53,841 nucleotides of DNA from the IMG/VR virus record IMGVR_UViG_3300011339_000955, positions 1-53,841 of that record; one strand, given 5' to 3'. The notes under the pieces were generated by a model, which saw only the letters and a list, made by a program, of their open reading frames with translations, was not told the origin of the DNA and ran no database searches. Origin of the DNA: a virus. Taxonomy: Duplodnaviria; Caudoviricetes. Positions 37,161-45,120 of this stretch are shown one piece after another; the first letter of the stretch is position 1, and every line of letters starts with the position of its first letter. Made by a program: the position numbers and the translations under genes.

Positions 37161-37531
37161 GCAACTGTCCCATCATATACTTGGTCAAAAGTAGCGTCTA
37201 TTGAGCCAATTGTTGTGTTTATCCAGGTAACATTAAAATCTATAACTTTTATATTAACAGGAGTGTCTAGTATATTAAATCCATATATTTTTTGTCCTTT
37301 TAAGAAAGTGAAGTAGTTTACTATAGCATCTATTTCGGTTTTTTCTCTGTTTGACATACTGCCTGAAAAGTTTAGTTTTTCAGGACCAGTGGGGACGGTT
37401 AATGAATAACCGTCCCCGAAGGAGTACTTAAGTGTAGTTGGTTTGTATTCTAAGGATATTCCTTTATCCAACATAATAGTTCTAGCAGCGGTGCTGCCGC
37501 CCCCATAGTTTGCTGGAATCGTAAAATACAT
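37157..37531 (-). CDS. Minor/distal tail protein (lambda gpM-like)
   Basis: Immediately after the tape measure; FGDGY motif, ..IDATFDQVY end, gpM-like size. Confidence 0.75.
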   Translation of the reverse strand: MYFTIPANYGGGSTAARTIMLDKGISLEYKPTTLKYSFGDGYSLTVPTGPEKLNFSGSMSNREKTEIDAIVNYFTFLKGQKIYGFNILDTPVNIKVIDFNVTWINTTIGSIDATFDQVYDGTVA

Positions 37532-40500
37532 TATGCTACTCCGTATTTATTAAGGATACCGCCAGGAGCTTTCTGTGCTAGTAGTTCCTTTTGTACTGCT
37601 CGTGCAATTGCTGCACCTAAGTTTGCTCCATCATTACCAGACATTTGTGTATTTGATGAGCCATTAGCCATGTTAACGTTTACGCTTACATTGTTTGTTC
37701 CGCTATTGGTTCCATGTAATTGGACTGGAATGTCCCGACCATTGGGTAGGGGTACAACTGCTTCGTTATACTTTCCCTCTCCTACTAGGTAGGTTGGAGA
37801 GGATACTACGCCTTGCACACCTTTTGACCTACCCATAACACCCCCAGCTGCAAGCCCAATAGGCATAATGTTTACACCTTTGCTAAGCATTTGTGATACT
37901 GCTGCTCCTGCTTCAAATGCAGTTGCAACAGCGGCTGGAGCTGCTGCAGCTGCTGCAGCTGTACCCGCAGGGTCAATAATTGCTTTAAGTGCTGCCATAA
38001 TTGCCATTTGAATAAGTAGTTGGGCAATCATACTTAGCGTTGATGTAATAAAGTCTCTAAAAGCTTGCTGAGCATCCTTAGGTGAGCTTATCATAATTGA
38101 AAATGCTTGAGCAGCACTCGCGCCAACTTGTTGCATTGCATCATTAAGTAGGTTAGCTTGAGTAGTTTGTTCAGCTAAGGCTAGTGCCATTCTTTGCAGT
38201 TTTTGCTCGCCTTCTGGTCCTTCAAACATACCAGTGCCAAATTCACCTACAATTTGTTCTCGTGCGCTAACAAGATTGCTACCAAAACTAAAACCCATGC
38301 CAGATAATAAGGAACCTACGGGGTCGGAACCAAGCTTTCCTGTACGTTTTGTTTCTTTAAGTCTATTGCTAAACTTTGCAGCCATTTCGTCCACGGCATC
38401 CATACTGCCTGTTAGTGCATCTTCTAGCCCTGTTAATGCAGCTTTTGCCGCCTCAGTTTCTAGACCAAACTTTTTCATTGTCTCAATAAAAAGTATACCT
38501 GCATCTGCATTTAGCTTAGTATATTTAGCTTCTAACAGCTTTAAAGCGTTTAGTCGATCTTGGTCATTTATATATGTTTCATTATTTATACTTGCTTTTT
38601 CTTCTCTATAGTTTTTAATCCTTGTAAAGCCCATTACACCGAAAGATTTTGCAGCTTCACTTTTGCTCTCGCCTATATTTGTTATACTATTTTTTTGAGC
38701 CTCTATACTTCTACGCATATCTGCTCTATCAAAGTCTATTTGTTGCTGTCTCGATAAACCATCTTTACCTTGCACTCTAGCAGCTCTTTCTGCCCTGGCT
38801 TTATCATTATCTAATATTATACCAGCTAATTCAGCATTTAAGTCTCGTCTTTGTCTCTCTAAGTCTAGTAGAGTTTTTTGTTGCCCTATTTGGTACTCTA
38901 GACTTACCTCTTGACGCATATTTGCACCAGTTTGTGCAACTGCAAGGTTATAAGTAGTTTTAGCAGCCTTTACCTCTAAGTCCACTGCAGCTTGTCTAGC
39001 AACGGTAACATCGTCTGTAACTGTCAACAGAGACCGCATACTTCTGTCAACCTCAGTCATTAAATTATATATATTTCTAACTTCTGGCGTCATATTGCTT
39101 ATAATTTGTTGGTTTTTAATAGCAGCACTCATATCCACAGCATCCATATTTATACCAAACTTTTCTCCGATTTTCTCTTTTTGTAGAGCAAGCTGTAAAG
39201 TTGTTTGCGCTTTAATTAAAGCTGCTTCTTGGCGTATAACCTCTTTTTTTATCTTAGCAGTACTGACTGCAATATCATACATTTCTTTAGCATTTCTTAC
39301 TCCTTCTATATCAGAGTAAGTTTTACCAAGGTCAGTAGTATTGTATTTATTTAAGTTTTTAATATCTCTATTCATTTTTGCAATAGAGTTTGTTTGCTTT
39401 AATGCATTTGCGGCTAAATCTCCATAAGTCTGTCTCATTTGAGCTAGCTTTAAATTAGCTTGACCAAGTATTTCGGCATATGCTTCTGTTTGTACTTTTA
39501 AAACAAGATTATCATCAACAATATCAGCAATTGTACCTTTTTGGGTAGTTAACTGCTTATTTAAATTGTCTAATTGTATAACTTCTTGCCCTGTTAAGTC
39601 TCTATCAGACTTAATTTTTTCTAAAGCGCTAATTGCTAACTGTGTCTTAAGTATACCATCCTGCGTACTTTTGATTAGTTTAGTTTTTCCACTTAGTCTT
39701 CCAAGCTCAGCTAAAGCATCTGGGCTGCCTAATAGTTTGTCGGCAATACCAGCTTTAGCTTCAGATGTATCAAAACCTGCCGATTTATAAGCTGTATCTA
39801 TAAGCTTTAAAGACTTACTAATGTCAACCAAGCCGTCTGCAAAAGGCTTATAAGGTACATTAAAGATATCTGGGGTTCTAATCTTTCCTATAGTATCATT
39901 CATTATTTTTGCGGAATTTCCAATATCAGTAAAAACATCTAGTATTGGTTTAGTTTTTAAAGCAAAATCTTTAGTAAATTTTGTTATAGCTTGGGTAGAT
40001 GCTCCACCTTCTACCATACCTTTAATAGTTTTTTGAAACTTATCAACTACTGAAGGCCCTAGACCTTCTAGGCTATTTCTTATTCCACTGATAAAATCAA
40101 ATTCTTCGTCGCTAAACTTAAAAAATAATCCATCTAGGCTATAGTATAACCCATCAAAATCATCTTTTAATTTTTGAGTTTCAGTTCTAGTGTCGTTAAA
40201 TATATTTGAGAAACTTGACAATCCAGATCCAATTTGATCGAATAAGTTAGGAGCTTTGGCACTTTCAAATTTTTCATAGGCATCAACCAAAGCAATCATG
40301 CTATTAACAGCAGCATTTATGGCGCTAGCAAAATCATTATTTTGCCTAAATTTTTGGGCTTCTTTTACTAGCTTTACCGAGGTATCGTAAGTTGCAGTTA
40401 AGTCATCCCTAGCAGCTTTACGCTCCCCTGTATTCCCTGTAACAAAATCAGCTATTGCTATAAACGCTTGGAAAGCTAAAGTAGCTACAGTAATAATAAG

Positions 40501-42258
40501 AAAAATTGTACCAAGAGAAGCTTCTATGCCCTTAAGAGCCATACTGGCTGCCGCACCAAAACCTACAAATCCTACGCTTGCAGTACGCATTAGAGGACCA
40601 ATAAAGGCAAGTTTACGATTCAGTCCTGTACTTCTATTACCAGTTTCATCAAGTTGTTTTTTAGCAGTGTCTCCCCAATCTACAAAGGCTTGTTTTAATG
40701 AGCCTCCAACTGATTTAGCCACCGTTTTTAATTGATCAAACCCAGAAGAGGTTGCTAAGTCTACATCAAATTGCTTAGCCCTACTTGCTTGATTTTGTAA
40801 AGCTGTTTGCTGTCCAAGTAATGCTATATTTGTAGATTTAAACTTTGTAAGAGTTTTCTCTAATGCAATCTCTTCTTGAACCATTTTAAGCACTTGGGTT
40901 CTTAGATTTATTTCATCCTGTAAAGCTTTTTTTCTAGGGCCTACAGCAGCATCTTTTTTCTTCTCTAAATCTACTAAAGAAGATGCAGTTTTTGTTTCTA
41001 GACTACGTAGAGTTTTCATATCATTACCACCACCCAAGTCATAATTTTTTTCGATTTGGCTGGCTCTATCAAAAATTTTAGAAGAACCTGGCTTTTGGTA
41101 ATCAGAATACTTATCTAGTATACCCATATCTTTTTGGGCGTTTTGTCCTTGCTTAGCGCGTGCTTTATTTATAGTACGATCAAAGTCAGTTACTTTTTGT
41201 GCAGCTCTGTCTACAAAGCTATCCATGTCAGGTAAAAGCTTACTAAATGTAAGCTTGAACATTGTAGCTAGCGGTAATAGAGCTAAAACAGGGAAAGAAA
41301 TTAATAAACCTAATAATGGATCTAAGACGTCATTTATTAATTTTAAACCAGCAGTACCAAAGTCTTTGATAGTAGCAGCTAGTTTATCAAATTGTGATAC
41401 AGGAACGCTATCAGCAATACCACCAAACTTTTGCTCACCTTCTGCTAGGACAGCATTTAGGAAAGCTTGTCTGCGCTCTGTTTGTGTTAGAGATGATACC
41501 GTTTTATTATTTTCTAGCGCGTACCTTTTTGTAGCATCGTTTAACCTAGTCATGATACCAAGTTCGTCCAGCAATTCTGGTTCGAGTTTAATTGTACCGC
41601 GTGTAAGACGATCCATAGAGTCTGAAAGATCTCTACCAAGAGCTGTTGAAGCCCCTTTAGCTACTTTTGTCAATCTAGAGATTTCATCACCGCTAAAACC
41701 GGCCGCAGTAGCAGAAGCTACTGTTTTCATAGATTCTACTGTGGATAGGGCAAATCCACTTAATTCCCTAACGTCTTTAGCGATAGGTTTAAGCGTTCTG
41801 CCTGACATTGCACCTATTTGCTCCAAGCCTTTTTCTAGCTGAACAGCTTTAGCAGCGTCAGACAGGGCTTTGAAGGCAGCGGTTAAAGCGAAGATATTTG
41901 CCGCGAGAGTGGCGTAAGCGGCTACTAAACCTGTAGTATTTCCACCAGCTACAGCTAAGCCCGCAAAATCTCTACCTGCTGCGCCACGAAGACCAGCAGC
42001 ACCACGATTGCCTCTATAAGAGCGTGGATCTTCTCCACCTCCGCCACCGCTGCCGCCTCCTCCTGAGCCGCCTCTGCCTCCGCCTCCACCAGGGGAAGCT
42101 AAGCTTTGTACACCAGTTCTACCTTTAGAAGCTTGATTTAATTTACTAGCACTTTTTTGTGCAGCATCTAGGTTATCAGCTATCTTCTGCGTCTGATGTA
42201 CAACAGTTTGAGTACCATCTGCTGCTACTTTGATATTAGCGCTAATATTATAATTCAT
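37531..42258 (-). CDS. Tail tape measure protein
   Basis: 1575 aa, helical and Ala-rich; AYATLAANIFA, RGTIKLEPELLDELGI, hydrophobic segments, C-terminal AAGG..VGEG..EAVVPL. Confidence 0.93.
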   Translation of the reverse strand: MNYNISANIKVAADGTQTVVHQTQKIADNLDAAQKSASKLNQASKGRTGVQSLASPGGGGGRGGSGGGGSGGGGGEDPRSYRGNRGAAGLRGAAGRDFAGLAVAGGNTTGLVAAYATLAANIFALTAAFKALSDAAKAVQLEKGLEQIGAMSGRTLKPIAKDVRELSGFALSTVESMKTVASATAAGFSGDEISRLTKVAKGASTALGRDLSDSMDRLTRGTIKLEPELLDELGIMTRLNDATKRYALENNKTVSSLTQTERRQAFLNAVLAEGEQKFGGIADSVPVSQFDKLAATIKDFGTAGLKLINDVLDPLLGLLISFPVLALLPLATMFKLTFSKLLPDMDSFVDRAAQKVTDFDRTINKARAKQGQNAQKDMGILDKYSDYQKPGSSKIFDRASQIEKNYDLGGGNDMKTLRSLETKTASSLVDLEKKKDAAVGPRKKALQDEINLRTQVLKMVQEEIALEKTLTKFKSTNIALLGQQTALQNQASRAKQFDVDLATSSGFDQLKTVAKSVGGSLKQAFVDWGDTAKKQLDETGNRSTGLNRKLAFIGPLMRTASVGFVGFGAAASMALKGIEASLGTIFLIITVATLAFQAFIAIADFVTGNTGERKAARDDLTATYDTSVKLVKEAQKFRQNNDFASAINAAVNSMIALVDAYEKFESAKAPNLFDQIGSGLSSFSNIFNDTRTETQKLKDDFDGLYYSLDGLFFKFSDEEFDFISGIRNSLEGLGPSVVDKFQKTIKGMVEGGASTQAITKFTKDFALKTKPILDVFTDIGNSAKIMNDTIGKIRTPDIFNVPYKPFADGLVDISKSLKLIDTAYKSAGFDTSEAKAGIADKLLGSPDALAELGRLSGKTKLIKSTQDGILKTQLAISALEKIKSDRDLTGQEVIQLDNLNKQLTTQKGTIADIVDDNLVLKVQTEAYAEILGQANLKLAQMRQTYGDLAANALKQTNSIAKMNRDIKNLNKYNTTDLGKTYSDIEGVRNAKEMYDIAVSTAKIKKEVIRQEAALIKAQTTLQLALQKEKIGEKFGINMDAVDMSAAIKNQQIISNMTPEVRNIYNLMTEVDRSMRSLLTVTDDVTVARQAAVDLEVKAAKTTYNLAVAQTGANMRQEVSLEYQIGQQKTLLDLERQRRDLNAELAGIILDNDKARAERAARVQGKDGLSRQQQIDFDRADMRRSIEAQKNSITNIGESKSEAAKSFGVMGFTRIKNYREEKASINNETYINDQDRLNALKLLEAKYTKLNADAGILFIETMKKFGLETEAAKAALTGLEDALTGSMDAVDEMAAKFSNRLKETKRTGKLGSDPVGSLLSGMGFSFGSNLVSAREQIVGEFGTGMFEGPEGEQKLQRMALALAEQTTQANLLNDAMQQVGASAAQAFSIMISSPKDAQQAFRDFITSTLSMIAQLLIQMAIMAALKAIIDPAGTAAAAAAAPAAVATAFEAGAAVSQMLSKGVNIMPIGLAAGGVMGRSKGVQGVVSSPTYLVGEGKYNEAVVPLPNGRDIPVQLHGTNSGTNNVSVNVNMANGSSNTQMSGNDGANLGAAIARAVQKELLAQKAPGGILNKYGVA

Positions 42259-42636
42259 TTACTTTTTCTTTATCTTGTCAAGAGACTCTTTTATAGCCTT
42301 TTGAGACTTTTCTATTTGATACTCATCTATAATGTTTATCAAATCTACTAAGAACTCAATATCTATAATTTCATAGTACTTAACAATCATTGGAAGGATA
42401 GTCATATCCTTACCTATAAATCCAACTGATTCGTATATTCTATTTCCAAGCCGTCCATATATAGAAAAAGCTAGCTGGGTATCCTCATGAAGATCTGAGG
42501 CGTCAAGAGGCATATCTTCATAAATTATGGGTTTTCCTAGTTCTTCCCTAATTTTAATATAGTTATCTTTGCTGACCTTACCTTGTTTTAAGTATCTTTT
42601 TAGTTCTTCTATTATATTTAGTTTACTTTGAACTAC
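42259..42636 (-). CDS. Tail assembly chaperone T segment, probably reached by +1 frameshift from the upstream chaperone
   Basis: The frame of ORF 42259..42513 stays open upstream into the 3' end of the G gene and is bounded by a TAG just before CAT TTT CGT. Confidence 0.7.
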   Translation of the reverse strand, partial: VVQSKLNIIEELKRYLKQGKVSKDNYIKIREELGKPIIYEDMPLDASDLHEDTQLAFSIYGRLGNRIYESVGFIGKDMTILPMIVKYYEIIDIEFLVDLINIIDEYQIEKSQKAIKESLDKIKKK

Positions 42637-43036
42637 GAAAATGGTCTAAATCAAAGATCACCTCATTTAGCCAGGTGTCAAACTCAGGGGACTCTTTTAC
42701 TAGTGCTTGGGCATTTTCTTCTGTAAACTCTATGTCCGTTACCTTTGGGTCTACGCCTTCTGGTAATTCGATAGGAAGGAGTTTCGCGCAGTACTCTAGC
42801 GTAAATCCTTTCCAATTTTTGATGCAGCTTTTAACTAGTGTAGCAACAAAAAGATCAGAGTCAACCTCGTCTACTTTTTGGTGACTTCTTCTATCAAACT
42901 TTGACGTTGTTGCTTTTTTTCTAATCTTATCGATTTCTGTGCGGGCCAAGTAGTTTAGGTGTACCTCAAACCCTGGGTAGCCTGCGACCTCGATCCAGGC
43001 TTCGATTTTGTCTTTTAGCATTGATGTTATTTGCAT
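42623..43036 (-). CDS. Tail assembly chaperone G
   Basis: Lies between tube and tape measure. Start is ATG 43036 with an AAGGAG SD (43084 lies inside a hairpin); IKNWKG and ..DHFR end. Confidence 0.82.
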   Translation of the reverse strand: MQITSMLKDKIEAWIEVAGYPGFEVHLNYLARTEIDKIRKKATTSKFDRRSHQKVDEVDSDLFVATLVKSCIKNWKGFTLEYCAKLLPIELPEGVDPKVTDIEFTEENAQALVKESPEFDTWLNEVIFDLDHFRSSK

Positions 43037-43051
43037 ATTTACTCCTTGTAT

Positions 43052-43088
43052 AAAAAAATAGGATGAATAGTATAAACTATTCATCCTA
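43052..43088 (-). terminator. Intrinsic terminator after the tail tube gene
   Basis: Perfect 13-bp stem (43059-71/43076-88) with a 4-nt loop, followed on the - strand by T7. Confidence 0.8.
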
Positions 43089-43116
43089 GTATAAGTGACA
43101 TTATTGCTATAGTCAA
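43088..43116 (-). promoter_or_regulatory. Sigma70-type promoter for the chaperone/tape-measure genes
   Basis: - strand AAAAATTTTAC-TTGACT-N17-TATACT. Confidence 0.85.
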
Positions 43117-43125
43117 GTAAAATTT

Positions 43126-44598
43126 TTATGCGCCTACATAAGTTAGATTAAACTCATCGCTTTGTGTAATTGCTGATGGCAATCCGTGGAAAGCTACATC
43201 AATAGAGATAACGTCTTCGCTTTGTATGGTTGGGATCTCCATATGCGCTGTAGGTAGGTTAACTTCAAGTCTAGGCGTTCCTGTGGTGCCACCAATTCTA
43301 AAGGTTAGGTTAAAGGAGTTTGTGATTATACTTCTAGCATTGGTGCTTGTCATATCATCAAATAAATCTCCACTATCTCCATTGGTGCCAGAGTCTACAT
43401 AAGCTGTGAAATTTCCAGAAATAGTTTTGTTACCTGTGATATGCCCGATAGGCTGGTTAACAATACCTAAAACTTCTGGAGTTAAGAATGTGATGTTATT
43501 TGAGAAAGTAATAGATCCGCCTGTTAGAACAACGTTATATACACCACTTCCTGCGCCAGGATACGCAGTCGTGTTTCTTGCAGTCACAGTTAAGGCTGTT
43601 AGTTTATTTCTAATAAAGTTAGAAGTACTAGAAATTGCTTCGTTAATAGCGGGTCTAGCATCAAATGTAGTTGTACTACTATCTAGAAGAGAAGCTGTGC
43701 CGGACCAATCAATCATAGCGATACCATCTACCTCAAAGTTTATAGTAGCCTCGTTTATAACGCAACCAGTTAGCTTATAAATCTCTAGTGTTGGGCTCGC
43801 CGAATAGTTCATACTAGCTGCGTTAGTTGCTCCCATTACAAAGTACAAGTTAAACGTACCTAATTCAACAGTATTTGCGCCTGTTGAGTAGATATTTAAG
43901 TCTGTTGTATCTCTTACAAAGTTCTCTAACTCTGTATCATAAGCAGTAGTTTCTGTAGCTAGCGTGGCTATGGCCGAAATTACTAGAGTTGTAGCTCCAA
44001 TAGTAGCAGCAGGGATTGTAATAGTGTCGCCTACTGCATAACCTGACCCAGGGTTTACAATAGCTATTGTAGCAGCCGTAGCTCCTGTAACGTTAATTCT
44101 AAAGGTTGCGCCAAAACCTGAGCCGCTTGTTGTATATTCACCTTGGTCAATTTCGTATGTACCAATTACTCCACCTGTAATTGTAACTGGAGTTGCACCT
44201 GTAAAAGTTGCAATACCAGTGTTTGTTTGACTCCAGCCGGCTTTACCAACAAAGTTTGCCCATAGAATTTCTTCGATAGCGTGATGGTTATTAGAGGTTG
44301 CGCCACTTCCAGCCCCTGACCCGGCAGTAGCTCCTGCATTATAAGCTAGGGTAGACTTGAAGGGTCTTATGTAGGTTGAAAAGGACCACTCAGCAGGAGC
44401 AAGAGCATCGTTAAACATTCTACGACCACGCTTAGAGTACCCGCCAACACCAGCCATTTCATTTAGTGTAACTTCTGAGGTAGTATTTCCTTGAGAAAAG
44501 CTAAAGCCATCCATTACTGGGATTTCCCAGAGTACTGAAACGCTATTTAGTGTTTTCTCAAGGTATACTTTTGTATCCCTCTTTAAAAATATAGCCAT
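43126..44598 (-). CDS. Major tail tube protein (T5 pb6-like)
   Basis: AGGAG SD; WEIPVMDGFSFSQ..EVTLNE, FNDALAPAEWSFSTYIRP, FIRNKL, GGSITFSNNITFLTPE.LG.VNQP. Confidence 0.9.
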   Translation of the reverse strand: MAIFLKRDTKVYLEKTLNSVSVLWEIPVMDGFSFSQGNTTSEVTLNEMAGVGGYSKRGRRMFNDALAPAEWSFSTYIRPFKSTLAYNAGATAGSGAGSGATSNNHHAIEEILWANFVGKAGWSQTNTGIATFTGATPVTITGGVIGTYEIDQGEYTTSGSGFGATFRINVTGATAATIAIVNPGSGYAVGDTITIPAATIGATTLVISAIATLATETTAYDTELENFVRDTTDLNIYSTGANTVELGTFNLYFVMGATNAASMNYSASPTLEIYKLTGCVINEATINFEVDGIAMIDWSGTASLLDSSTTTFDARPAINEAISSTSNFIRNKLTALTVTARNTTAYPGAGSGVYNVVLTGGSITFSNNITFLTPEVLGIVNQPIGHITGNKTISGNFTAYVDSGTNGDSGDLFDDMTSTNARSIITNSFNLTFRIGGTTGTPRLEVNLPTAHMEIPTIQSEDVISIDVAFHGLPSAITQSDEFNLTYVGA

Positions 44599-44638
44599 TT
44601 ATTTCTCCTAGCTAAACTTAGTATAGCTTAAACTAAAT

Positions 44639-45112
44639 TTAGTATTGAACTCTTAAAGACATTTCTCCTATAGAAATAGGCTCAAGAGTTCCTTCGTCTG
44701 TAGATATAGACATAATTGTTATATCGTGTGTGTGCTGTAAATTTGCTTGCCTATCTGTATAGGCAAGTCTACCATTTTCTTCTATTAAAGACTCAATATC
44801 TTGTAGTAATAACTCACAAGTATCTAGGGCATTTTCTTCTTGTACAAATATAACTATTTTTACATCTAGATATCTATCCCTATACCCTGCTGTTTTGTAA
44901 CCTCTAACCTCAGTTCCTGCCACAACACAAACAGCAGGAAAGTCTGTAAGATCCGAAAAAAACTTTAATGTACCATAGACTCGATCCCTTAAGTCTCTTG
45001 ATTCATAATCCCCGGCACCATTTATATTACCTAATAAATCTATCAAAGACTTAACAATTGCTTGTCGCCTAGTTGAGTAAAGTCTTCCTGTTGATACTAC
45101 TACCATATGCAA
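44639..45112 (-). CDS. Tail terminator protein (T5 p142-like)
   Basis: Directly upstream of the tube gene; FPAVCV..E.R and I.TDEG motifs; start uncertain by a few codons. Confidence 0.75.
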   Translation of the reverse strand: MHMVVVSTGRLYSTRRQAIVKSLIDLLGNINGAGDYESRDLRDRVYGTLKFFSDLTDFPAVCVVAGTEVRGYKTAGYRDRYLDVKIVIFVQEENALDTCELLLQDIESLIEENGRLAYTDRQANLQHTHDITIMSISTDEGTLEPISIGEMSLRVQY

Positions 45113-45120
45113 ACCTTTAA

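Noticed and set aside
41225-41842. 205-aa antisense ORF in the tape measure gene, and similar antisense ORFs in D5, D11, the tube and the capsid genes
   Set aside because: These are explained by codon bias of the sense gene and have no promoter, SD or motif support.
42030-42095. GC-rich Gly run near the tape-measure N-terminus
   Set aside because: It is a low-complexity in-frame linker with no evidence of another function.
42623-42660. Canonical -1 chaperone frameshift
   Set aside because: No slippery heptamer is present, and the -1 frame is closed by TAG immediately after the site.
43037-43084. ORF-track start at 43084 for the chaperone (likewise 6627, 15494 and 22504 for other genes)
   Set aside because: Downstream ATGs have better SD sequences or stop-start coupling; 43084 lies within the terminator stem.
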